The translations under genes were made by a program, and so were the position numbers. Of a stretch of 64,000 nucleotides of DNA, positions 1 to 8,665 are shown one piece after another. The stretch is from positions 1,144 to 65,143 of the forward strand of contig JBDKJF010000015.1 in NCBI GenBank assembly GCA_039796695.1. Reading direction: 5' to 3'. This DNA is from Bacteroidota bacterium. Its GTDB lineage: Bacteria; Bacteroidota; Bacteroidia; Chitinophagales; Chitinophagaceae. Each line of letters opens with the position of its first letter. Position 1 is the first letter of the stretch. The notes under the pieces were generated by a model, which was not told the origin of the DNA, searched no databases, and worked only from the letters and a program-made list of their open reading frames with translations.

Positions 1-1
1 T

Positions 2-1693
2 ATTTATAAATATTGCTTACAATACCCTTCAAGAACATTAAAAACTCTTTTTGAAAATCCGGGATTGCCCTTTGCCGATACGCTTATTAAATTAGTGGCA
101 AAAAACAATCCGAAAGAGCTGTATGATTATGCACAATCTACCACTAGTACTTTAGCAAACACTATTCGGGGTATTACCGACGATAACTTTGTAAAAACGA
201 TTGCCGAAATAGCCCAGAGTAAAAGCGGTATGCAATACTTTCCTTTTTTAGATAATATTTTAAAGGGCAAAATAACCATACAAGCATTAGATGAGGCAAA
301 AGAGGATTCGCTGCTGTATTATAGATTACTGGTAAAAACACAAATAGATTATACTGCAAGGCTGCATGAAAATGATACGGCTTTTGAATATAAAACATTA
401 ACCGAACGATTAGAAAAAAAAGCCAAAGAGGGCTTTGTAACCACCATCAATGGCCTGCATAGTGAAAGTGCTGAAGTACGGTTTAAATCTATACAACCTT
501 TAACTGCCGAAGAGCTTTATTACCTCGCTGTATCATCCGATGGATCTATCTATACTTCTAGCTTTGTAAAAGGCGTATTTCCGTTAATGATGCGAAAAAT
601 AAACAACCGTGGCGACTCATTATTAATGGCGGTGCATTTTGATAAGTACCGAAAACTTATTAAAATGTGCGCTGGCTATAATACGTTGGGCGATTTTTTA
701 GCCACTTTTCCAAAGGCGGCAAACCCTGCCGATGAAGAGCCGAGTAACACATTAATGCGGGCATTCGTAAAAAATTTAGAAAAATCTGCCGGCCCCGAAG
801 ATGCTGTAGATGTGGCCGACTCTTATGCCAGCATTGCGGAAACTTTAAAACCGTTAGCCGATCAAATGCTTTTTAATGTGCAAGAAAATTTACTTGCTAA
901 CCAAGCTACGAATAATAAAAACGGAATTGCGCTTTATACCATTTTAGAAAAGCTCTTTCTTTCTGCCGACTCTACAAAGCATATTGACCTTACCAAAGAA
1001 TTAGGTATACCACCAGTGTATGAAGTGCCTTACACTTCGCTAACCAATGATAGCGGCCGTGTAATAATGCAACAATTTTTTTATGGCGATAAAGATGGGA
1101 TGGGTGTATTTAATGGCTTCATCAAACAGTTTACGAATGCTAATTGGAAAATTGTGGCCAAGCCTAAATGGGTAGAAGTATCTTCCTTAAAAGGTAAACC
1201 CGTTACTATATATGCTAACCGTGCCTTACCAGAAGAAGGCGGCGAAGATGAATTAGCACAAAAAGAATTGTGTGCGTATTTAGAAACCAATAAGCTATTT
1301 CCCACCGTAACGATACACCGTGGCCATAGCTACTATGCCAATGCTACCATTGAACAGATGGCACCCTCTTCCAAAATTGTTTTTTTAGGCTCTTGCGGAG
1401 GTTATCATTTATTACATAGTGTATTAGATGTGGCAGAAGATGCGCATATTACTGCCTCTAAACAAATTGGTGCTACAGAAATAAACCGGCCTTTTATTCA
1501 ATTATTAGCCGATAAAGCTCGCCTGGGTAGCAATATTGATTGGATACCTTTTTGGAAAGAGTTGGAAAAAACGGTGGGTAATGTACCTGAGTTTGTAGAT
1601 TATATACCGCCTTACAAAAACCTAGGGGCTCTTTTTATAAAGGCTTATAAAATTGCTATGTCCAAAGACTCGTATGATGACGATGAAGAATAA
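2..1693 (+). CDS. hypothetical protein, probably 5'-truncated by the window edge
   Basis: The frame is open from nt 2 to the stop at 1691-1693. The first in-frame start is only a TTG at 65, so the gene most likely begins upstream of the window. I recognise no family. The C-terminal part contains IHRGHS...FLGSCGGYH. Confidence 0.55.
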   Translation: MYKYCLQYPSRTLKTLFENPGLPFADTLIKLVAKNNPKELYDYAQSTTSTLANTIRGITDDNFVKTIAEIAQSKSGMQYFPFLDNILKGKITIQALDEAKEDSLLYYRLLVKTQIDYTARLHENDTAFEYKTLTERLEKKAKEGFVTTINGLHSESAEVRFKSIQPLTAEELYYLAVSSDGSIYTSSFVKGVFPLMMRKINNRGDSLLMAVHFDKYRKLIKMCAGYNTLGDFLATFPKAANPADEEPSNTLMRAFVKNLEKSAGPEDAVDVADSYASIAETLKPLADQMLFNVQENLLANQATNNKNGIALYTILEKLFLSADSTKHIDLTKELGIPPVYEVPYTSLTNDSGRVIMQQFFYGDKDGMGVFNGFIKQFTNANWKIVAKPKWVEVSSLKGKPVTIYANRALPEEGGEDELAQKELCAYLETNKLFPTVTIHRGHSYYANATIEQMAPSSKIVFLGSCGGYHLLHSVLDVAEDAHITASKQIGATEINRPFIQLLADKARLGSNIDWIPFWKELEKTVGNVPEFVDYIPPYKNLGALFIKAYKIAMSKDSYDDDEE

Positions 1694-1703
1694 AAAAAAT
1701 TAG

Positions 1704-2984
1704 TCAACGTACTTCATATAGTTCATTCCACCTTGTGGTATATCGGCTGCTAACAAAATTTTGCTGCATCTTCCAGTTACGGGTAGTGCCCGTAGCGGCA
1801 AATTTTAATACATCGTCTCGCTGGCTAAAGTTTACATTATCTATCATTTGCATCAAACGGCGTCCATTTTTTTTGGTTTCGGGTAAAAATAGATTGCCCT
1901 GTATAGCGTTGTCTGGTACTATGTTACTTAGTATTACGCCTGCTTTTTTATACCATCTATTGGGCATATATAATTTATCTACCACGCTTACGGCGGCTTT
2001 TATTAATTCGTGGGTAACGCAGGTGGCGTAGGGCAGCGTAATAGTGCTGCTAAGCATAGCGCCGCGGTAATCGGTATTATAACTTTCCTCTTTCATTATC
2101 ACAAATACATTAATAGTAGCAGCTGCACTGTATTGCCTTCTTAATTTTTCTGCTGCTCTTGAGGTATAAGTGGCTACCGCTTCTTTAATAGCGTTAATAT
2201 CGCCCACCGGGCTGCCAAACATACGAGTGGTGGCTATCATTTTTTTATTGACTAACTCTTCTTCTAAATCTTTGGCGGGCATTCCTTTTAACTCCTTCAG
2301 TAACCGAACGCCTACCACCCCTCCTAAGTGCGTATGTGCAAAATCTTCGTTTATATTACTTAGTTGCTGTGCATCGTAAATACACCAATCATCTTTTAGC
2401 TTTTGTGCATAGCGACGGCCTATGCCCCAAACATCCTCTACCGGTGTAATTTGTAAGGCCTTGCTAATTTTATCTTCTGTATCCAGCACCACTACACATT
2501 GCGTTTTTTGTTTATTTTTTTTAGATAAGCGGTTGGCCAGTTTTGCCAATACTTTAGTAGGTGCCACGCCTACCGATACTTTAATACCTGTCCACTCTTC
2601 TACCGTTTTTCTTATTTCTCTGGCAATCGTTTCTAGTTCTTGTACTGGAAAAATACTGAGGTCAATAAAACATTCATCCACAGAATATACTTCTACATTT
2701 TTTTCGCCTATCACCATTCGTAATGTTTCCATTACCCGCCAGCTTAAATCGCCGTACAAATTATAATTGGAGGAGAAAACGGCTATATCGTATTTTTCTA
2801 TTAGCGGCTTGGCCATAAAAAAAGGGCCTCCCATTGCTACGCCTAATTTTTTTGCCTCATCGCTCCTAGAAATAATACAGCCATCGTTATTGCTAAGTAC
2901 TACAACGGGTTTATTGTCTAAATGCGGTTTAAATAACCGTTCGCAAGAGCAATAAAAATTATTACAGTCAACGATTGCTTTCAT
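1704..2984 (-). CDS. umuC: Y-family DNA polymerase, UmuC-like (Pol V catalytic subunit)
   Basis: The N-terminus MKAIVDCNNFYCSCERLF...VVVLSNNDGCIISRS is the classic UmuC/DinB start. The ATG at 2984 overlaps the TGA of the upstream S24-like gene (ATGA). The ORF-track start at 3023 is an in-frame upstream extension. Confidence 0.9.
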   Translation of the reverse strand: MKAIVDCNNFYCSCERLFKPHLDNKPVVVLSNNDGCIISRSDEAKKLGVAMGGPFFMAKPLIEKYDIAVFSSNYNLYGDLSWRVMETLRMVIGEKNVEVYSVDECFIDLSIFPVQELETIAREIRKTVEEWTGIKVSVGVAPTKVLAKLANRLSKKNKQKTQCVVVLDTEDKISKALQITPVEDVWGIGRRYAQKLKDDWCIYDAQQLSNINEDFAHTHLGGVVGVRLLKELKGMPAKDLEEELVNKKMIATTRMFGSPVGDINAIKEAVATYTSRAAEKLRRQYSAAATINVFVIMKEESYNTDYRGAMLSSTITLPYATCVTHELIKAAVSVVDKLYMPNRWYKKAGVILSNIVPDNAIQGNLFLPETKKNGRRLMQMIDNVNFSQRDDVLKFAATGTTRNWKMQQNFVSSRYTTRWNELYEVR

Positions 2985-3418
2985 ACGCCCATTGGATGAA
3001 TAACGTAGGTTACTACACCCCATACGGAAAAGTTACTAAACTCCGCTAGGTTAATATTTTTATATCGGCTATTTTCCGCTATTAAAAATGCAGCAGAAAA
3101 GTTTTTATGAAACCTACGCACCAGCAACTCTCCATTAAGAATAGCCACAATTACTTTTCCGTTTGCCAGCTTTATAGACCGATCCACAATGAGCGTATCC
3201 CCATCAAAAATGCCCGCTTCCTGCATTGCATCGCCCTTCATTCTAAAAAAATAAGTGGCGGGTTTGTTTCTTATCAGTTGTTCATTTAAATCAATACCTC
3301 GTTCGGCATAATCGTCGGCGGCTGCGCCAAAGCCCGTAGCATTGGCCGTTTTTACTTCCTGTTGCTTAAATTGTTTGGAGCCTTTGTAAGCGGCGCCGTA
3401 AAATTCTTCTCCTTCCAT
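2981..3418 (-). CDS. umuD: UmuD-like S24 (LexA/UmuD) family protein with a substituted Ser-Lys dyad
   Basis: Aligns by eye with E. coli UmuD from GFxxxAxDY through ATYFxxxxGDxM...DGDxLIVD...GxxxV[KR][KR][LF] to WGVVxxVIH. The expected GDSM is GDAM (GCA codon at 3227-3229). The expected dyad Lys is Arg (CGT at 3116-3118). Confidence 0.85.
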   Translation of the reverse strand: MEGEEFYGAAYKGSKQFKQQEVKTANATGFGAAADDYAERGIDLNEQLIRNKPATYFFRMKGDAMQEAGIFDGDTLIVDRSIKLANGKVIVAILNGELLVRRFHKNFSAAFLIAENSRYKNINLAEFSNFSVWGVVTYVIHPMGV

Positions 3419-3549
3419 ATATTTAATTTTTTGTTTATCGTCTTTCGTTCTTTGCGCATCCCTTTTTTATCCGTGCGAATGGCCGGGCCGGGCAGATACC
3501 TACATTAGCCCGGGCAAACCCCTATCATAAAAATAAAAACATTATTTCG

Positions 3550-3557
3550 CAAAACTA
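3550..3557 (-). promoter_or_regulatory. candidate Bacteroidota -7 box (TAGTTTTG) for umuD-umuC
   Basis: Exact TAnnTTTG match on the minus strand, 131 nt upstream of the umuD ATG and directly next to the 3565-3580 palindrome. Confidence 0.35.
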
Positions 3558-3564
3558 AATATTT

Positions 3565-3580
3565 TAGTATTTTTATACTA
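3565..3580. promoter_or_regulatory. palindrome TAGTAT-N4-ATACTA (candidate operator) in the umuDC / 2H-rSAM divergent region
   Basis: Perfect 6+4+6 inverted repeat. It is embedded in a direct repeat of ACTAAATATTT (3554-3564 and 3577-3587). Confidence 0.4.
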
Positions 3581-3616
3581 AATATTTGGGTATTTATTTG
3601 TTCACGCTTTAATAGA

Positions 3617-4252
3617 ATGGGTATGAATGGCCTTTTTACCAGCCCGCCTGGCTACAGGGTATATGACTATTTATTAGTAATCACTCCACCGGAAGTGTTG
3701 TGGAATCGCCTTATGAAAATAAAAGAAGATTTTTCCATTGCGTACAAAACGGATGCGGCAAAATGGAGCAAGCCCTATATTACCCTTGTGGCTTTTTCGC
3801 AACAGGCCATGTGGGAAGAGCGCATTATTAATCGTTTGCAAAACCTAACAATGGCTTATGCCCCATTTGTCATCACCCTAAAAGATTTTGGCAGCTTTCC
3901 CTCTCATACCATCTATATCAATATAACCAGTAAGCTAGCAGTGCAAAATTTGGTAAAAAACATTCGAACAGAAACGCAACGCTTAATGCAATTAAATGAG
4001 GATAAAAAACCACATTTTATTATGGAACCGCACATAACTATTGGCCGAAAATTAAAACCCTGGCAATATGAAAAGGGTTGGCTGGAATACTGTAACAGCC
4101 ATTTCTCTGCAAGGTTTATGGCTACCGACATTACATTATTAAAAAGACCATCTATTGACGCAATGCAAGAAAATAAAACAAAATACCAAGCCGCCGCAAC
4201 CTTTGCATTTCAAAACCTGCCGGTAGTAACCAAGCAAGGAGTGCTTTTTTAA
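3617..4252 (+). CDS. 2H phosphoesterase / 2'-5' RNA ligase (LigT)-like family protein
   Basis: It has the size and two-lobed layout of LigT-like proteins. The second motif, PHITIGRK, is canonical H-x-T-x. The first motif position reads PYITLVAF, with Tyr in place of His. Confidence 0.5.
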   Translation: MGMNGLFTSPPGYRVYDYLLVITPPEVLWNRLMKIKEDFSIAYKTDAAKWSKPYITLVAFSQQAMWEERIINRLQNLTMAYAPFVITLKDFGSFPSHTIYINITSKLAVQNLVKNIRTETQRLMQLNEDKKPHFIMEPHITIGRKLKPWQYEKGWLEYCNSHFSARFMATDITLLKRPSIDAMQENKTKYQAAATFAFQNLPVVTKQGVLF

Positions 4253-4432
4253 TAATGATGTAGCACCACAGTGGCGCTATAACGCCGAGTAGCACAGCGA
4301 AAATACATACGCCGCTAACAGAAAGGGAACAATGCCTTACCACACCATTAATGGATATAACTATTGCTATAAATGGGGTAAATGAAACAAACCAATGTGG
4401 TGCAAAGTTATTTACTATTTAATTTTTTTAAA

Positions 4433-5542
4433 ATGAGCAATAAGTTACCACAAGACCACTTTAAAGTAGCCGTAAAAAAATACGACGAAACAACACCCTA
4501 CCTAGCCGGCCGTGGAGCGCAAATGAATACTAAAAACCGCTTTCAAAAAAATGAAACCACCAGAGAGCATATAGAAGCAGTGGATGACTGGGAAGAAGGC
4601 AATGTGTCCACTACCTACTTAGAGCAAGAAAGCAAAACAATTGTAAATAAAGTGGAAAGTAAAGATGTGGGTATGAGCTATAGCATGAACCCGTATGCCG
4701 GCTGCGAGCATGGCTGCATTTATTGCTATGCCCGCAATGTGCATGAATATTGGGGCTATAGTGCTGGGCTAGACTTTGAACGAAAAATAATTGTAAAAAA
4801 AAATGCCCCGCAGCTGCTTCGAAAATTTTTAATGAAAAAAGATTGGGATGCTACCCCCATTATGCTAAGTGGCAATACCGATTGCTACCAACCCGCCGAA
4901 CAAAAGTATAGGCTAACCAGAAAATTGCTGGAAGTGTGTAACGAGTTTAATCAACCAGTAGGCATACTTACCAAAAATGCATGGATACTGAAAGACAAAG
5001 ATGTACTGCAAGAAATGGGCAAGAAAAACATTGTATCGGCGATGGTTTCTATTACCTCTTTTAATGAAGATTTACGAAGAGCAATGGAACCCAGAACCAC
5101 CACGGCCCAGCAAAAACTAAAAGTAATTAATGAATTAAGCAGCGCAGGTGTACGCATGGGCGTTATGATGGGGCCCATGATACCGGGCTTGAATGAACAT
5201 GAAATGCAACGCATCATGAAAGCGGCGGCCGATAATGGGGCTACCTTTACCGCCTACACATTTATTCGCTTAAATGGTGCCATCCAATTTTTGTTTCACG
5301 ATTGGTTGTATAAAAATTTTCCGGATAGGGCCGATAAAGTATGGCACCTAATAGAACAAAGCCATGCAGGAAAAGTAAACGACACCCGCTGGGGAATACG
5401 TATGCGAGGCGAAGGAAATATTGCCGATATGGTAGCTATGCAATATAAAAAATACGGTAAGCTGTACCACATGAATGCAGAAGAGTGGCGTTTGGACAGC
5501 AGTAAATTTCAAGTGCCGGGCGGGCAAGGCAGGTTGTTTTGA
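4433..5542 (+). CDS. radical SAM protein, PA0069 / SplB-like (COG1533) family
   Basis: Contains a CxxxCxxC cluster (GCEHGCIYCYARN) preceded by GRGAQMNTKNRF, typical of the PA0069 family. The start could instead be the ATG at 4382. Confidence 0.75.
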   Translation: MSNKLPQDHFKVAVKKYDETTPYLAGRGAQMNTKNRFQKNETTREHIEAVDDWEEGNVSTTYLEQESKTIVNKVESKDVGMSYSMNPYAGCEHGCIYCYARNVHEYWGYSAGLDFERKIIVKKNAPQLLRKFLMKKDWDATPIMLSGNTDCYQPAEQKYRLTRKLLEVCNEFNQPVGILTKNAWILKDKDVLQEMGKKNIVSAMVSITSFNEDLRRAMEPRTTTAQQKLKVINELSSAGVRMGVMMGPMIPGLNEHEMQRIMKAAADNGATFTAYTFIRLNGAIQFLFHDWLYKNFPDRADKVWHLIEQSHAGKVNDTRWGIRMRGEGNIADMVAMQYKKYGKLYHMNAEEWRLDSSKFQVPGGQGRLF

Positions 5543-5724
5543 TTATCTAATTAACATACATCATGGTAAGTACTTAATACCGTTAACTAAAGCCAACCTA
5601 CCCATTGGCATATTCTACACAATACGTTTCGCTATTTTTTAATGCCACCTACGTAGTACGACTATCGTAAACTGAAAAAAAAATTACCTGGTCAACTATT
5701 AAATAATCATTTCGTGTAGCCGCA

Positions 5725-6891
5725 CTACACCTTTACATATATCTTTTTCTTATCCATCCACCAACAAATGGCCCACATAAAAAATATGACGGCAATGGCA
5801 TATACTAATGAGCCATTTTCTTTTGGTCCGGGTAGGTGAATAAATACTTTTTTATACAACCAATTCCAAGGATTTACGCCATCTCCTAATTGTATTAGTG
5901 ATAATCCTTTTGGTAAAAATGCACTGAGCGCAAATACGAATAAAGCATTCTTGCCAAACACGTCGAAGAATCGGGCAAGGCCGCCTTTAATATTTTTAAA
6001 CTCTATCATATATATCATAGTGGCAATGGTAAGCATAGCTAATCCCGTTGTATACACCACGTAGGAGCTGGTCCATATTTTTTTATTAATTGGAAAAACC
6101 ATATCCCAGCAAAAACCCGCCACTATAAAACCGATGCCTGCAACAAAAAGTGCGGATACCATTTCATAGTTCTTTCCCTTTTTAATAATATAATCGCCTA
6201 CCATGTATCCGAACATAACTTGTACAACGGCAGGTATGGTACTCATTAGGCCCTCCGGATCAAAAAGATAACGAATACCATCCAAGGTTTCATTTTGATA
6301 CATGTGTGCTTTTGTTAATATAGCCATATCTATTTTAGTACCAAACCAACCCGTAATACTGTATGGGTCTGTATGGTTGGCCAACAGTAAGCAAAGTGCC
6401 CAATACAAGAGTAATAATAGCATACCTACATACATAGCTTTGCGCAGCTTTAGGTAATAAATAATTACTGCTGCCAAAAAATAACAAATGGCTATGCGTG
6501 GCAGTACACCTAAAATGCGTACCCCTTGCGCATTACCTTTATCATCGGTGTACACCCAGGGTTTAAACACTAAGGCCTCTCCGCTCCATTTTATAAAAGG
6601 CCACCAAGATAAAAACAAACCAATGGCAAAAATTAGCAAGCTTCTTTTCAATACTTTTCGCCAAAATAATGCATCGCCGCCCTGCTCTAATTTAGGCATT
6701 ACAAAAGCCATCGCATTGCCAACCGCAAACAAGAAAAAAGGGAATACCAAATCGGTAGGCGTAAGCCCATGCCAGGGGGCATGCTCAAGCGGATCGTAAA
6801 TATGTGCCCAGGTACCGGGATTGTTAACCAATATCATGAGGCAAACGGTAGCACCGCGAAAAACGTCGAGTGAGTAGAAGCGCTGATTCAA
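5725..6891 (-). CDS. DUF5009/DUF1624 membrane protein (heparan-alpha-glucosaminide N-acetyltransferase-like acyltransferase)
   Basis: The N-terminus reads SLDVFRGATVCLMILVNNPG...APWHGLTPTDLVFPFFLFAVG and the protein is polytopic and hydrophobic. The apparent start codon is TTG. Confidence 0.7.
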   Translation of the reverse strand: MNQRFYSLDVFRGATVCLMILVNNPGTWAHIYDPLEHAPWHGLTPTDLVFPFFLFAVGNAMAFVMPKLEQGGDALFWRKVLKRSLLIFAIGLFLSWWPFIKWSGEALVFKPWVYTDDKGNAQGVRILGVLPRIAICYFLAAVIIYYLKLRKAMYVGMLLLLLYWALCLLLANHTDPYSITGWFGTKIDMAILTKAHMYQNETLDGIRYLFDPEGLMSTIPAVVQVMFGYMVGDYIIKKGKNYEMVSALFVAGIGFIVAGFCWDMVFPINKKIWTSSYVVYTTGLAMLTIATMIYMIEFKNIKGGLARFFDVFGKNALFVFALSAFLPKGLSLIQLGDGVNPWNWLYKKVFIHLPGPKENGSLVYAIAVIFFMWAICWWMDKKKIYVKV

Positions 6892-7128
6892 AGTATTTTT
6901 TTTGTAAATGAAGTTAATAGAAAGTTTAGGATTAGCAACCTGTACCGAGTTGAAAAAAATGAATGGGGGCGGCCGAAAATACCTTAGCGTATAACATTGT
7001 GTATTTGGATGTTTGCATTACTGCTACACAACAATAACAAACAAACACAACAGAGTTGGCTATTTAGTTAAAAAACTAGGCATAGGTTTCCTAAAATTTT
7101 ATTTTTTTTAGGGCTTTATAAGAACCAT

Positions 7129-7159
7129 AAAAAAAAAATCTCGCCCTATGGCGAGATTT
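7129..7159 (-). terminator. rho-independent terminator after the lipoprotein gene
   Basis: The minus strand reads AAATCTCGCC-ATAG-GGCGAGATTT followed by a run of T. It lies 22 nt past the stop at 7181. Confidence 0.8.
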
Positions 7160-7180
7160 AAAAACAAAACCCGATTTCAT

Positions 7181-8644
7181 TTAATTGTAATTAAACTTAG
7201 TCCACCCTTTCCACCAGGTGGCTAACTCGCCTGCTGGCGCCACTCCTCCACGAAAGGTGGCCGTTTTATCAAAAAAGGTATCGCTGGAAAATTTTCCATC
7301 AGCAAATGAACCTCCTGCTAAAATTTTTTGATTACCGTTAGAACCAGCAAAAGGAGTAGGGTCTGGTGCGGCATAATTAAAAGGCTGAATCAACTTTGCA
7401 TCTACTGTATTAACAAGTATATCGTTATTGTAAAACGAATTGGTAAACCAAGTAGTAAAGGCTGCATCATTAGTAATACTAGTACCCGCAACACCACTAA
7501 ACCTTGTAGGCGTAGCGCAACCAGCTATGGTAATATTGCGAAGCCGTAAAGAACTATCCTCTATGTTTAACGCAGTAGAAGAACCCGTTGTAGCATCAAT
7601 CTCCACCCCTCTTGGCCAGCCTAAGAAAATGGAATTGAATATTGATATAGCGCTGTTTCTTCTGATGTGTGCACCACCCCTAAATAAAGCATTACCTACA
7701 TTACTAGTAGTAGCTCTAGGGCCAATAGCTGTAATATTGCTAAAAATGGCACCTGTTTTGGGAGTAGCCGCTGTACCCGAAGCGTTGTTATCACTTTCAA
7801 AAGCTGCTGAGTTTGAAATATCTGCAATCACAGAATCACGAATAATTAATCCAAATTGTATTTTACCTGCAAACCCATTATCAGTATCAAAATCATCATC
7901 CTGTGTTTTGTAAGCAATTAAGTATTTACCATTAACTGCTCCCCCGAACCATTCATAAGCATCATCCTTTGCATAAGATACTTGTATATGATCAATAGTG
8001 GTACCGCTACCTACGGCAGCCAATGTTAAACTATTTACTTCTTTATCGGGTTGAAACGCATAGCCAGCATATTCTATTCTTACATAACTTAACGTACCCG
8101 AATTATCGTTATGAATAGCCGTAGGCACCACTGCATCTCCAGCACCTGCTAAGCCATCTCCATTTGCGTTATCAATACCCCCTTCTACTTGAAATAAACC
8201 TGGTGTACCATTAAAACTTGTATTAATACCAGCCTTACCGCAAATAATAATTCCCCCCCAATCACCTGACTGAGGGTTAGGAGAAGCAGAGGTAAAAATG
8301 ATTGGCTCGCTTGCCGTACCTACCGCATTAATTTTAGCACCCCTTGTAATAATTAAAGCGGCTACATCGGTACCACTAAATGAACCCTTTATGATGGTGC
8401 CCGCTTCTATAGTCATGGTATGGTTGCCCACTACGTATACCAAGCCCTTTAATATATAGGTGTTGTTTTTTCTCAACACGGTATCTGCATTAATTCTTCC
8501 TTGTAGTGTAATGGTTTGCCCTGTGGTGGTGCTACCGCCGCCGTTTACCACAACTACTTGTATTTCGCCATCGGTTTCAATTTTTCTACAGCCTAATGTA
8601 ACCAAAGCAACGATTAGCGTTAATAAGAGAATGTACTTTTTCAT
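7181..8644 (-). CDS. surface lipoprotein, predicted beta-helix-like, partner of the upstream TonB-dependent receptor
   Basis: Has a signal peptide with a lipobox (LVTLGC). Contains repetitive G/N/T-rich segments (GDWGGIIICG, DDAYEWFGGAVNGKY, DDDFDTDNGFAGKIQF). It lies 21 nt downstream of the TBDR gene on the same strand. Confidence 0.6.
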   Translation of the reverse strand: MKKYILLLTLIVALVTLGCRKIETDGEIQVVVVNGGGSTTTGQTITLQGRINADTVLRKNNTYILKGLVYVVGNHTMTIEAGTIIKGSFSGTDVAALIITRGAKINAVGTASEPIIFTSASPNPQSGDWGGIIICGKAGINTSFNGTPGLFQVEGGIDNANGDGLAGAGDAVVPTAIHNDNSGTLSYVRIEYAGYAFQPDKEVNSLTLAAVGSGTTIDHIQVSYAKDDAYEWFGGAVNGKYLIAYKTQDDDFDTDNGFAGKIQFGLIIRDSVIADISNSAAFESDNNASGTAATPKTGAIFSNITAIGPRATTSNVGNALFRGGAHIRRNSAISIFNSIFLGWPRGVEIDATTGSSTALNIEDSSLRLRNITIAGCATPTRFSGVAGTSITNDAAFTTWFTNSFYNNDILVNTVDAKLIQPFNYAAPDPTPFAGSNGNQKILAGGSFADGKFSSDTFFDKTATFRGGVAPAGELATWWKGWTKFNYN

Positions 8645-8665
8645 GTTTATTATTTTTTGATAATT

